Source: a virus (lineage: Duplodnaviria > Caudoviricetes). From it: a stretch of 52,198 bases of DNA. Shown here in pieces: positions 40,502 to 49,600 of the stretch. The translations under genes and the position numbers were made by a program. Under the pieces are notes generated by a model. It was given only the letters and a program-made list of their open reading frames with translations, made no database searches and was not told the DNA's origin. Location: the IMG/VR virus record IMGVR_UViG_3300032087_006329, positions 1 to 52,198 of that record. One strand, 5' to 3'. Position 1 is the first letter of the stretch; each line of letters opens with the position of its first letter.

Positions 40502-42433
40502 ATGGCTAACGAAGAAAGCCTTTTTAGTAGGCTGACAAAGTTGTTCAGGAGCGGTCCTACCGTTCGACGAAAAGTCAAGAACTACAAAGCTCCTCTTGCT
40601 GGCGAAGAGTTGGACGTTTTTGGTTATGGCTCAAACAACGTTTATAATGCTGCGCTAAGCGCGTATGGCGCATTCGACAGAATGAGCCGATACAGCGACT
40701 TCTCTGAAATGGAAGCAACTCCTGAAATTGCTTCTGCTCTCGACATCTACTCGGAAGAAACGGTTTCAGTGGATGACAAGGGGAAATCGCTTCACATTTA
40801 CAGTGATAACAGAAAGATCAAAGAGCTCCTAGAGAACCTGTTCTACGATGTTCTGAATGTTGAGTTCAATCTTTCTATGTGGGTAAGAAACCTCTGTAAG
40901 TACGGAGACTTCTTTCTGTTCATCGACGTGAATCCAGAATACGGAATCATGAATGCTTACCCGATTCCGATTGCTGAAATTGAAAGAGAAGAGGGTTTCG
41001 ACCCAACCGATCCCGCTGCGGTCAGGTTTCGATGGATGTCTAGGGGAAATCAGGTTCTAGAGAACTGGCAGATCATCCACTTCAGACTTCTTGGCAATGA
41101 TGCGTTTCTCCCGTACGGATCCAGCGTTCTCGAAAGTGCTAGAAGAATCTGGCGACAACTGATTCTGATCGAAGATGCAATGCTCGTGTACCGTGTTATT
41201 CGTGCACCGGAGCGCCGCGTCTTCTATATTGATGTTGGAAACATCTCACCGGAAGACATTCCAACATTCATGAAGCAGGCTCAGGATAGTCTGAAGAGAA
41301 ACAAGGTCGTTGACAAGAACACCGGTCGAGTTGACCTTAGATACAACCCGCTGTCCGTCGATGAGGACTACTTCCTTCCTGTTCGAGGAACCGAATCCGG
41401 AACAAGGATTGATACTCTCGCAGGTGGCCAGAACACTGCGGCAATTGAAGACGTCGAGTACATTCAGAAGAAATTGTTCGCAGCGCTAAAGATTCCTCGA
41501 GCTTATTTGGGCTACGACGAAGAGATCGGTTCTAAAGCAACGCTAGCGCAAGAGGACATTAGGTTCTCTAGAGCCATTCAGAGAATTCAGAAGACGGTTC
41601 TCTCTGAGTTGAACAAGCTTGCAATCATTCACCTGTATGCTCATGGTTTCTCAGACGAGGATCTTCTTGATTTTGAGCTTAAGCTATCAAACCCTTCATC
41701 GATTGCCCAACAACAGAAGCTAGAACTCATCAGAACCAAGTTTGAGATTGCAGCAGCAGCGCCTGAGGGAATTGCGGATCGAGAGTGGGTTCGTAGAAAC
41801 GTCATGGGATTCAACACTTCCGAAATCGAGGCCATCGAGAAGGGAAGAGAGGAAGACAAGAAGAGAGATGTTGAACTCGAGGCAGTTACAGCAGAGCCTG
41901 AGCCTGGAGCAGCACCTGCCGACGAACCAGCAGGTGATGAGGGCGGTGGTGACGAAGGAGGGGCTGAGGATCTATTCGCTAGCGATAATCCGGAAGGAAA
42001 GCTACTCACTTCACAAAGACCCGAGAGTGATGAGGACGACGAACTTTCGCTTTCAATCGATGACATCGATGCACCGATCAAGGCTCAGGAGAGAATCAAG
42101 AATGCATTTGGCGAGCCACTGACAATTAAGCGAAAGTCTAAGACATCCGCCACTACGGCAGAAATGCCAGACATGTCGAAGATGGTTGCCGTAGGAAAGA
42201 GAGCCAGAACACAGGACACAATGTCAAGACCTTTTGATAGAGATTCCATAAAAGGGTTTTCTAAGATCAAGCTCGGTGAAGATGTTGATCCCTTTTCAGA
42301 CCTTATCGATAGACAAACGAGGCAGCATGCAACCATGACAAAAGAGTTGCGTTCAACGCTGGCTTCTATGAACACGAATCTAGATATTGACACAAGTTCT
42401 TTGCTAAAAGAATCGGGGAACGATGATGAGTAA
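40502..42433 (+). CDS. gp20: Portal protein (T4 gp20-like) with an acidic C-terminal extension
   Basis: PEIASALDIY, IEDAMLVYRVIRAPERRVFYIDVGN, EDYFLPVR, IDTLAGGQN, DVEYIQKKLFAALKIP. Confidence 0.96.
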   Translation: MANEESLFSRLTKLFRSGPTVRRKVKNYKAPLAGEELDVFGYGSNNVYNAALSAYGAFDRMSRYSDFSEMEATPEIASALDIYSEETVSVDDKGKSLHIYSDNRKIKELLENLFYDVLNVEFNLSMWVRNLCKYGDFFLFIDVNPEYGIMNAYPIPIAEIEREEGFDPTDPAAVRFRWMSRGNQVLENWQIIHFRLLGNDAFLPYGSSVLESARRIWRQLILIEDAMLVYRVIRAPERRVFYIDVGNISPEDIPTFMKQAQDSLKRNKVVDKNTGRVDLRYNPLSVDEDYFLPVRGTESGTRIDTLAGGQNTAAIEDVEYIQKKLFAALKIPRAYLGYDEEIGSKATLAQEDIRFSRAIQRIQKTVLSELNKLAIIHLYAHGFSDEDLLDFELKLSNPSSIAQQQKLELIRTKFEIAAAAPEGIADREWVRRNVMGFNTSEIEAIEKGREEDKKRDVELEAVTAEPEPGAAPADEPAGDEGGGDEGGAEDLFASDNPEGKLLTSQRPESDEDDELSLSIDDIDAPIKAQERIKNAFGEPLTIKRKSKTSATTAEMPDMSKMVAVGKRARTQDTMSRPFDRDSIKGFSKIKLGEDVDPFSDLIDRQTRQHATMTKELRSTLASMNTNLDIDTSSLLKESGNDDE

Positions 42434-43250
42434 ACACAACAAGAAGAGAAACGTTGGAATTGTATATCAGCAAGTGCTGAGAAGGGCCGCCGAGGCTGCC
42501 ATCGATGGCGATAAGACGCACGCAAACGAGTGCATAGAGCTTCTCGGTCGCCACTTTCGTCCTGGCACCGAGTTGCACAAGGAGCACAAGCTATTCAGCT
42601 CAATCCTTGAAACAGGGGGAGTTGACGAAAAAACGTCTGAAAGAGTGCTTGAAATTGCAAAGGAAGTTTCAAGATCCATTGATCCGTCTTCCATTGAGAG
42701 GCAGAAGGGTGTATTCATCAATGAGGCAAATCGAGTATTTGGAAGAGGCAATCTTTTCAATACACGCGTAAACAACTATCGCGGCCTTGCAACGGTTCAG
42801 CTTCTTCTAAACGAATGGCGTAATCCTGGAACTCTAACTCCAACACAAACTGCAGAGTACGAGAGAAGACTTCAGACATACATGATGGCCGACAAGCAGA
42901 CACCAAATCTGCAGAAAGAATCTAAGGTTGATGATTTAACCGTGGCCATGTTTAGAAAGAGATTTGATGATTCTTACGGATCAAAGCTCAGCAGCTTGCA
43001 GAAAAACTTTGTTGCCGCTGTTGCTTTCAACAAGGAAGAAGTTGTTCACCAGATGATTTCTGAAGCGAAGACGAAGGCTGTTGAACTCCTCGATCGAAGA
43101 CACAGTGGTGAAACCAACAAGCTTCTCTCCGAAAGATACGAGACTGTAAGAAGCAATATTTTGGATTTTGACAGTAGCAGCGAAAATTCAGCCTCCATGG
43201 CAATGACGCTGTTCAACTTAATTGAAGAGCTGGAGGATGACAATGTCTGA
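42426..43250 (+). CDS. Hypothetical head-module protein
   Basis: Between portal and protease; KHNKKRNVGIVY N-terminus; several L/I-x-E sites. Confidence 0.65.
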   Translation: MSKHNKKRNVGIVYQQVLRRAAEAAIDGDKTHANECIELLGRHFRPGTELHKEHKLFSSILETGGVDEKTSERVLEIAKEVSRSIDPSSIERQKGVFINEANRVFGRGNLFNTRVNNYRGLATVQLLLNEWRNPGTLTPTQTAEYERRLQTYMMADKQTPNLQKESKVDDLTVAMFRKRFDDSYGSKLSSLQKNFVAAVAFNKEEVVHQMISEAKTKAVELLDRRHSGETNKLLSERYETVRSNILDFDSSSENSASMAMTLFNLIEELEDDNV

Positions 43251-43848
43251 TATTAGGCTGATTACGTCATGGCAACCTTTTGAGTACGACTCAAAGATGA
43301 TTGCAGAGTCTCGTTTAGAGAATGGCGGAAAAATCATGATGAAGGGAATTCTACAGAAAGCGAACACCCTGAATCAAAACGGCAGAATCTATCCACTTCC
43401 AATCTTAGAAAGAGAAGTCAGAAACTATCAGAAGTTCATTGAGGAAAACAGGGCGCTGGGAGAGTGCGACCACCCTGAGAGTTCTGTAGTCGAGCTCAAG
43501 AATGCTTCTCACATCATCAGAGAAGCTCACATGGAAGGAGACATCTGTTACGGAACTGTCGAGCTCCTTGATACCCCATCCGGGAAAATTCTGCAGAGTC
43601 TCGTTGAGTCGGGTGTGACGCTAGGAATCTCTTCGCGCGGTGTTGGATCGACGAGAAGGGAAGGAGACTATCAGGTTGTTCAGGACGATTTCCAACTTAT
43701 CTGCTGGGATTTTGTCTCAGAGCCTTCAACCCCCGGGGCGTTTATGATGAGAGAGGGCGTCGAAGTAAGGAGGTCTGATCTCAACAAGGTATTTACTAAG
43801 TCAGACCGTCTCTTTAGAATATACAACGAAATCACGGAATGGAAGTAA
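43243..43848 (+). CDS. gp21: Prohead core protease (T4 gp21-like)
   Basis: GILQKA...NQNGRIYP, ALGECDHP, ASHII, LDTPSG, LGISSRGVGS, WDFVSEPSTPGAF; GGAGG RBS. Confidence 0.95.
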   Translation: MSDIRLITSWQPFEYDSKMIAESRLENGGKIMMKGILQKANTLNQNGRIYPLPILEREVRNYQKFIEENRALGECDHPESSVVELKNASHIIREAHMEGDICYGTVELLDTPSGKILQSLVESGVTLGISSRGVGSTRREGDYQVVQDDFQLICWDFVSEPSTPGAFMMREGVEVRRSDLNKVFTKSDRLFRIYNEITEWK

Positions 43849-43849
43849 T

Positions 43850-44305
43850 ATGGCAAAGATTTCTAAGACAGCACTTAAGGGACTAATCAAGGAATGCCTT
43901 GTAGAAATCCTTCAGGAAGGATTAGCTACACAGCTAATGACCTCAGACTCAACCCCGAAAAAGAGAAGGCGTAAGTTGTCCTCGCTTAGCACTGTACCAC
44001 CGGAGGTAAGGGAGCAACACGATCCACGAACTCGCAGAAACTATAACCCTGCTCTAGACACTCCGATTTCAAGTTTATCGGAAAGAGTTTCCCCTACGAT
44101 CGCGCGTGTATCAAACGATCCATCTATTCAAGCATTGCTTGAGGACACGGCTGCAACAACACTGAAGACTCAGCACGATGCAGAAAATCAGAGAGGTCCT
44201 CAGGCTCAAACAGACGTTCCTCTGGAGTCCCTAGGTGTAAACGTTCGCAATTGGGCGACAATGGCTTTCTCCGAAGAGAACATCGATCCGTCTAAACTTG
44301 GATGA
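43850..44305 (+). CDS. Putative prohead core / internal protein
   Basis: LKGLIKECLVEILQEG N-terminus; head-module position. Confidence 0.55.
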   Translation: MAKISKTALKGLIKECLVEILQEGLATQLMTSDSTPKKRRRKLSSLSTVPPEVREQHDPRTRRNYNPALDTPISSLSERVSPTIARVSNDPSIQALLEDTAATTLKTQHDAENQRGPQAQTDVPLESLGVNVRNWATMAFSEENIDPSKLG

Positions 44306-44309
44306 CGAC

Positions 44310-44317
44310 ATACTTAT
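44310..44317 (+). promoter_or_regulatory. Putative late promoter ATACTTAT
   Basis: Intergenic, before the GGAGGT RBS of 44337. Confidence 0.55.
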
Positions 44318-44336
44318 CACATGTGGAGGTTGACGC

Positions 44337-44603
44337 ATGAAAAAGATGTCAGTCGCAAAGCTTCGTAATTTCATTCTAGAAGAAGCTGCAAAGATTAATG
44401 AGACGCTAGAGCAAGGTAAGACCGACGTTGAATCCGTTAACGCTGATGAGACGGACGCTTCTGATCTTGCTAACACTTTAGAGAAAGACTTGGATCACAT
44501 GAAGGCTCTTAAGATTCACGAAACAAGAATCAAGAGAAAGCTTGCTCAAATTTCAGAGGCCAAGAAGCTTGTTCGTTCTCGAATCATGAAGAGGCTAAAG
44601 TAA
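44337..44603 (+). CDS. Small coiled-coil head-module protein
   Basis: Strong RBS; LRNFILEE, INE, IHE and ISE sites. Confidence 0.65.
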   Translation: MKKMSVAKLRNFILEEAAKINETLEQGKTDVESVNADETDASDLANTLEKDLDHMKALKIHETRIKRKLAQISEAKKLVRSRIMKRLK

Positions 44604-44604
44604 G

Positions 44605-45099
44605 ATGCCAAGTGTGAAGCAGACAACAGTCGATCCAGCTGCCTCAACACGAGGAATGGGTTCTAGCGATACAGAGTCTTTAACTGAGGCGTTTCCTGCT
44701 TCACCTATACATTCAGGTGATATTACCCGAAACTCCTTGGAGGGACAGTTCAACGATCTTGCTTTGAAGGGCGTTGTCAAAAACGGTCTTGGAATTGCTT
44801 CATACGACAGGGACTTTACTGGTGCTGATTCTGGTGTGGCTTTTCCTGATGGTGATGTTGCTACCGGTGCCGGCGGTTTACCTGCATCGCAGTACGTTCC
44901 AAACCCAGCATCTCCAGGTCCTGGAAGCCAGAATCCAACAGATATGCCAGCTCCTCCCGAAGGGTTTGGCCAAACTCCGAATGGGGACACGTATGGTTCT
45001 GGAACAGGGGCTCTAACGAGACCTGCAGACACTTCTAAGACGATAGCGAGACACACCCTTGGTTCTTATGGACTAGGGACTTCGGAACCTACAAAGTAG
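44605..45099 (+). CDS. Pro/Gly-rich hypothetical protein
   Basis: GGLPASQYVPNPASPGPGSQNP; tightly packed in the operon. Confidence 0.6.
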   Translation: MPSVKQTTVDPAASTRGMGSSDTESLTEAFPASPIHSGDITRNSLEGQFNDLALKGVVKNGLGIASYDRDFTGADSGVAFPDGDVATGAGGLPASQYVPNPASPGPGSQNPTDMPAPPEGFGQTPNGDTYGSGTGALTRPADTSKTIARHTLGSYGLGTSEPTK

Positions 45100-45106
45100 G
45101 CTGAAA

Positions 45107-45700
45107 ATGCCTAAGATACAAAAGTACGGCCTTAGCGGGGATAACTACTCGCGCTTTCCGCAAGCGGATTCGCGAAACGATCTCGGTTATGGCCGTACTA
45201 GGTTGAAGTTCAGCAAACCAAGGTCTTCGGCTGGTTCGTATCCATACAGCATGGACGATGAGCAAGAGGAAGAATCGGAGAGACTAAGAGACGTTGAAGT
45301 CGATGATGTTCCTTCGAGAACAATGACAAGGGTTCGTAGGCACGTTAACACGACGGACTTTGGAGCCGCAGCCGGTACAAATCCTTTTTACTATGCTGGG
45401 GCAGCAACTAAGATTAGTGAACAGCAATCTGCCAGAAGGGAAGGCGGCATAGGAGTTACGCTCCCTGCAGGAATAGGGTCATCAACATCTGGTTTTCGAA
45501 CCATCACGAGACCAACGGGAACAAAGCGAGGTTTCTCGTCTGCGCCATACAGGGTCGATGATTCGGAGACAAAAAATCGCCTTACTGATTTTGTAGATGA
45601 CGACGACCAAAACCTCAGATTATTTGTCAGAACGATCCTAGCAAAAGAAAAAGAGCGAAACTCAAAGCAGAATAATCGATTTCAAAAGAATACTTACTAA
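45107..45700 (+). CDS. Hypothetical, probably disordered protein
   Basis: 197-aa ORF filling the gap before the scaffold gene. Confidence 0.55.
   Translation: MPKIQKYGLSGDNYSRFPQADSRNDLGYGRTRLKFSKPRSSAGSYPYSMDDEQEEESERLRDVEVDDVPSRTMTRVRRHVNTTDFGAAAGTNPFYYAGAATKISEQQSARREGGIGVTLPAGIGSSTSGFRTITRPTGTKRGFSSAPYRVDDSETKNRLTDFVDDDDQNLRLFVRTILAKEKERNSKQNNRFQKNTY
45690..45697 (+). promoter_or_regulatory. Putative late promoter ATACTTAC
   Basis: Directly upstream of the GAGGA RBS of the scaffold gene. Confidence 0.5.
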
Positions 45701-45717
45701 AGTCCAAGAGGATTTGA

Positions 45718-47295
45718 ATGAAAAATTCAATGTACGAACAAGCAATTCTGGATGCACAAAACCTTCGCAAGATGGCCGAGGAGTCAGCGAAGAACAAGCT
45801 CATCGAAGCTGTTATGCCACAGTTGAGAGAAATCATTGAGAACGACGTGATCTCTCCAGTCATCAGCGAGTCCATGGATGAGATCGAAGAAGATCACTGC
45901 ATGAACGATGCGGAAGAAAAGGATGATCTCCTTCTTGACGAAGCCGATGATGACGACGACGAAGTGAACGAGGCCGACGTTATGGCATTGGCCGCTTTGG
46001 TTGAGGCAACTTCTCAGCATTCAAGGGACAACCTTAACGAAAGACTTTCAGTCGTGAGGAGAAAGCTGGCAAGAATGCTGGTCATCTCTGAATCGATCGA
46101 TCACGAGCAGCTTAATGAAGAACATGCCTTTGTTTTCATGAAGAAGCTTAATGCTCTCATTAAAGAAACGATGCGAATCAAAAATGAGGCAATACTTATC
46201 AAAGAATCCGGAGACCACCGGTTCTACAATAAATCTGACAAAACTCTACAGGAGATAAAAGAAATGGCACGTCGAATGAACAGGGGAGTCTTCGCTAGAC
46301 TCTTTGAGGCAGATGAGCTCAATGAGCTTGATGCCACCCTCGTGCTTGAGCCTTCCGAGGACGAAGCTGATGAGGTCGAGGAGCTGCTGGGCGACTTGGA
46401 CATCGATGTTGAGCTCGGTGGTGATGACGAGGACGATGATGGTGATGCGGACGACATGGACGCTGATGACGAGGGAGACGACGATGAAGAGATCGAGCTC
46501 GACCTTGGCGAGGCTGACATGGATGAAGGCATGCACGAAATGGATCATCCTAAGAAAGAGGGCATGCACAAGAGAGAGGGCATGCATAAGAGAGAAGGAT
46601 ACCACGAAATGGATGAGGGCATGCACGAGGATATGGATGAAGGCATGCACGAGGATATGGACGAGGTCTACGAGATCGATGAGTCTACGCTCCGCCGTGC
46701 ACTTCGAGCCCTTCGCGAGGGCGATGCTGCCGAAGAGGCAGATCAGTTTGGTGGCGCCGAGGTTGAGGGCGACGTGATTGTCGACCTTGACGAGGATGAT
46801 CTACTACACGCACTTAACGATGTACTTGGCGACGCTCCGGTTCCGAGACCACCACTTGGTGAGTCACGCCGCAGTCGACGCAAGGCGAGACGCTCAAGAA
46901 TGAATGAGAGCCGCAAGAATCGCGTTCTCCTTTCTGAGCTCAAGAAGGCCAAGCAGGCCAACGGCGAACTGAAGAAGCATCTCCAAGAGATGAACCTCTT
47001 CAACGCCAAGCTACTCTACGCAAACAAGCTGATGCAGAACAAGAGCCTCAGCCCGCGTCAGCAGAGAGCTGTTGTCGAAGCACTTGATAGTGCCAAGACA
47101 CTCAGGGAAGCAAAGCTTCTCTTCCAGAGCCTGTCAAACGGCGTCAAGAAGGGCAAGACCCTTTCTGAGTCAGCTGGCAGGGTCCGCGGTTCTTCGTCAA
47201 AATCAACGCCACGCGCTAGCGCTCAGCCGCTGCAAGAGGGTGCTGGACAGACGGATCGTTGGGCAATCTTGGCTGGCATTCCAGGCAAGAAGTAA
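45718..47295 (+). CDS. Prohead scaffolding/core protein (gp22-like role)
   Basis: Immediately upstream of the MCP; very acidic; YEQAILDA..LR..AE..AK N-terminus, EMNLFNAKLLYANKL...VVEALD.A.TLREAKL, C-terminal RWAILAGI. Confidence 0.85.
   Translation: MKNSMYEQAILDAQNLRKMAEESAKNKLIEAVMPQLREIIENDVISPVISESMDEIEEDHCMNDAEEKDDLLLDEADDDDDEVNEADVMALAALVEATSQHSRDNLNERLSVVRRKLARMLVISESIDHEQLNEEHAFVFMKKLNALIKETMRIKNEAILIKESGDHRFYNKSDKTLQEIKEMARRMNRGVFARLFEADELNELDATLVLEPSEDEADEVEELLGDLDIDVELGGDDEDDDGDADDMDADDEGDDDEEIELDLGEADMDEGMHEMDHPKKEGMHKREGMHKREGYHEMDEGMHEDMDEGMHEDMDEVYEIDESTLRRALRALREGDAAEEADQFGGAEVEGDVIVDLDEDDLLHALNDVLGDAPVPRPPLGESRRSRRKARRSRMNESRKNRVLLSELKKAKQANGELKKHLQEMNLFNAKLLYANKLMQNKSLSPRQQRAVVEALDSAKTLREAKLLFQSLSNGVKKGKTLSESAGRVRGSSSKSTPRASAQPLQEGAGQTDRWAILAGIPGKK
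46516..46665 (+). repeat. In-frame 18-nt and 24-nt tandem repeats encoding EGMH units
   Basis: gagggcatgca(c/t)aagaga x2 (46558-46593); atggatga(g/a)ggcatgcacgaggat x2 (46609-46656). Confidence 0.9.
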
Positions 47296-47324
47296 CAACA
47301 ATCAACCCATTAGGAGAGATAAAG

Positions 47325-49253
47325 ATGTCACGTAAGTTTAGTCTTAATACGCTCACCGAGGGTATCCGTCAGAGGCACCTTGGTCAGCAGAACTCCCGTC
47401 TCCTCGAGAAGTGGTCACGTACCGGTCTTCTTCGTGGACTCGACGGGCAGAAGAGAGAGAACATGGCGATGCTCTTGGAGAACCAGGCCGCTCAGGCCCT
47501 CCGTGAGTCATCCACAATTGGTACAGGCGGTGGCGCCGGTACTGCTTCAGGCGATCTCGGTGGTTTCACCAACATCGCATTCCCAATCGTTCGTAGAGTC
47601 TTCGGCGGCCTAGTTGCCAACGAGCTCGTGTCAATCCAGCCGATGAGCCTGCCTTCTGGCCTGCTCTTCTACCTTGATTACACCTACGGCTCTGTTTCCG
47701 GAGCGGCATCAGATGCTGCCGACGGAGCAATGTACAACACCGGTTCATCGATCTACGGTAACCCATCTGGCAAGAGCGTTCAGACAGGTGCTACCCAGGT
47801 TGGTGGCATGTACGATCTCGCCGGCGCAGGTTATTCAAGAGTGTTCGCGACGAACACACTTGCAGCTGGTGATCTTATCACCTCTGGTGCCTTCAATACA
47901 GCAACGACAATTGGCCTAGGTAACAACCTCATGGCTACAGGCTCCGACGGTGCCTTGATTCAGTTTGACCCTGCTCTTACTTCTCTCATCGAGAACAACA
48001 GCGGCGGCTCCGGCCTTTCTGCTGGTGATGCTGTCTACACCGCACTCGTTGTTAAGGCAAGCACAATCGATGACGATTCAGCAACGAAGCCTTGCGACTT
48101 CACTGCGATCAAGGAAATCGGTCTGTTCAAGGAGGGTACAACTCCTTATGTTCGTCTCGATTCCGATCTTCAGGGTCAGGGCGAAGGTCTTCTGAACATC
48201 CGTCGTCTGAACCAGCTCGTTCGGGTTGCTCCAGCCGGTGCAACAGGTGCTTCTGTTACGTCAATCACCCCAATCTCAACGATCACCGAGGTTACTGGTG
48301 ATGCTGATGTTGGCGTTCTGTTCATTGTTTCTGGTACTAACGCTGCCGGAACGGCGAACTCAGGTATTACGGTCACCTATGCCCAGGATCCTGTGTTTAC
48401 ATCGTCTAGCGGCGAGACGCTTGTCATCCCGACGTTCGAGTCCGACTTCGGTTCAACTCCTTCTCCGGCGATCCCAGAGATCGACATCAAGATCGAGTCT
48501 ATCCCTGTCGTCGCTGATACTCGTAAGTTGCGTGCGAAGTGGTCACCAGAGCTTGCTCAGGACCTCAACGCCTACCACAGCCTTGACGCTGAGGTTGAGC
48601 TTACCCAGATTCTTTCGGCTCAGATCGCTCTTGAGATCGACCGTGAGATCCTCAATGACCTGCTGCAGGGCGCCTCTGGTGCTAACTTCTTCTGGTCACG
48701 TGCACCGGGTAACTTCGTTGACAAGACCACTGGTGTTGACACTGCTACCACGAACGGCGGACTTGCTCCGGCATTCACCGGTACGGTTCGTGAGTGGTAC
48801 GAGACCCTCATCGAGACGATCATCGACGTTGGTAACACCATCCACCGTAAGACTCTCCGCGGCGCGGCGAACTTCATCGTGGTTGGCCCAGACGTTGCAA
48901 CGATCCTCGAGGCTTCTGTCTACTACCGTCCGGCTCTGAGCATCGACGGCGACGGTCAGGTTGCTACTCCATTCAGCCTCGGTGCTGAGAGAGTTGGTAC
49001 TCTGTCCAACCGCTTCACGGTCTACAAGGACCCATACTTCCCACGGAACAAGGTTCTCGTCGGATACAAGGGTGGTTCCTACCTCGAGACCGGTTACGTC
49101 TACGCTCCGTACGTGCCGCTCATCGTCACGCCGACGATCTTCGCTCCTGAGGACTTCACCCCGCGTAAGGGTGTCATGACTCGCTACGGTAAGAAGCTTG
49201 TCCGTGCCGACTTCTACGGTACTGTCACCTGCCTCAAGATGAACATCATCTGA
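47325..49253 (+). CDS. gp23: Major capsid protein (T4 gp23-like)
   Basis: LLEKW...LLENQ, FPIVRRVF...VSIQPMSLPSGLLFYLD, TRKLRAKWSPELAQDLNAYHSLDAEVEL, EIDREIL, YAPYVPL, FTPRKGVMTRYG; AGGAGA RBS. Confidence 0.97.
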   Translation: MSRKFSLNTLTEGIRQRHLGQQNSRLLEKWSRTGLLRGLDGQKRENMAMLLENQAAQALRESSTIGTGGGAGTASGDLGGFTNIAFPIVRRVFGGLVANELVSIQPMSLPSGLLFYLDYTYGSVSGAASDAADGAMYNTGSSIYGNPSGKSVQTGATQVGGMYDLAGAGYSRVFATNTLAAGDLITSGAFNTATTIGLGNNLMATGSDGALIQFDPALTSLIENNSGGSGLSAGDAVYTALVVKASTIDDDSATKPCDFTAIKEIGLFKEGTTPYVRLDSDLQGQGEGLLNIRRLNQLVRVAPAGATGASVTSITPISTITEVTGDADVGVLFIVSGTNAAGTANSGITVTYAQDPVFTSSSGETLVIPTFESDFGSTPSPAIPEIDIKIESIPVVADTRKLRAKWSPELAQDLNAYHSLDAEVELTQILSAQIALEIDREILNDLLQGASGANFFWSRAPGNFVDKTTGVDTATTNGGLAPAFTGTVREWYETLIETIIDVGNTIHRKTLRGAANFIVVGPDVATILEASVYYRPALSIDGDGQVATPFSLGAERVGTLSNRFTVYKDPYFPRNKVLVGYKGGSYLETGYVYAPYVPLIVTPTIFAPEDFTPRKGVMTRYGKKLVRADFYGTVTCLKMNII

Positions 49254-49283
49254 TTTAGGCTGCGTTCGGAATAATCGAACGCG

Positions 49284-49316
49284 GGGCCGCCCTTAGGGGC
49301 GGCCCTTTCTTTTTTT
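49284..49316 (+). terminator. Rho-independent terminator after the MCP gene
   Basis: Perfect 9-bp stem GGGCCGCCC-ttag-GGGCGGCCC followed by TTTCTTTTTTT. Confidence 0.92.
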
Positions 49317-49330
49317 AGACGAGCAAACAC

Positions 49331-49338
49331 ATATTTAT
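49331..49338 (+). promoter_or_regulatory. Putative late promoter ATATTTAT
   Basis: Lies just after the terminator and before an AGGAGA RBS. Confidence 0.6.
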
Positions 49339-49358
49339 TTTCGTGAAAAGGAGACAAC

Positions 49359-49592
49359 ATGTCCAGAGCACGTATGGTTGCAATCATGCGCCAGAGAGAA
49401 GAGGAAGATGCAAAGGCAAAGGCAAAAGCTAAGGCTGCCGAAGAGGCTAAGTTGAAGGCTGAGGCTGACGCCGCTGCTGCGAAGGCAAAAGCTGAAGCCG
49501 ATGCCAAGGCTGCCGCTGCCGCGGCCGCAGCAAAGAAGACAACTACAAGACGAACCAGAGCTAGGAAGACGACAGCAGAAGACGCGGAGTGA
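49359..49592 (+). CDS. Small Ala/Lys-rich low-complexity protein
   Basis: AGGAGA RBS; KAKAKAKAAEEAK...AAAAAAAKKTTTRRTRARK. Confidence 0.75.
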   Translation: MSRARMVAIMRQREEEDAKAKAKAKAAEEAKLKAEADAAAAKAKAEADAKAAAAAAAAKKTTTRRTRARKTTAEDAE

Positions 49593-49600
49593 TTTGACTG

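Noticed and set aside
46516-46665. Short repeats as a possible CRISPR array
   Set aside because: They are in-frame coding tandem repeats with no unique spacers, and no cas genes are present.
48226-48939. 237-aa alternative-frame ORF inside the major capsid gene
   Set aside because: Its Ser/Arg/Leu-rich composition is what the MCP's codon bias produces in a shifted frame; TTG start and no clear RBS.
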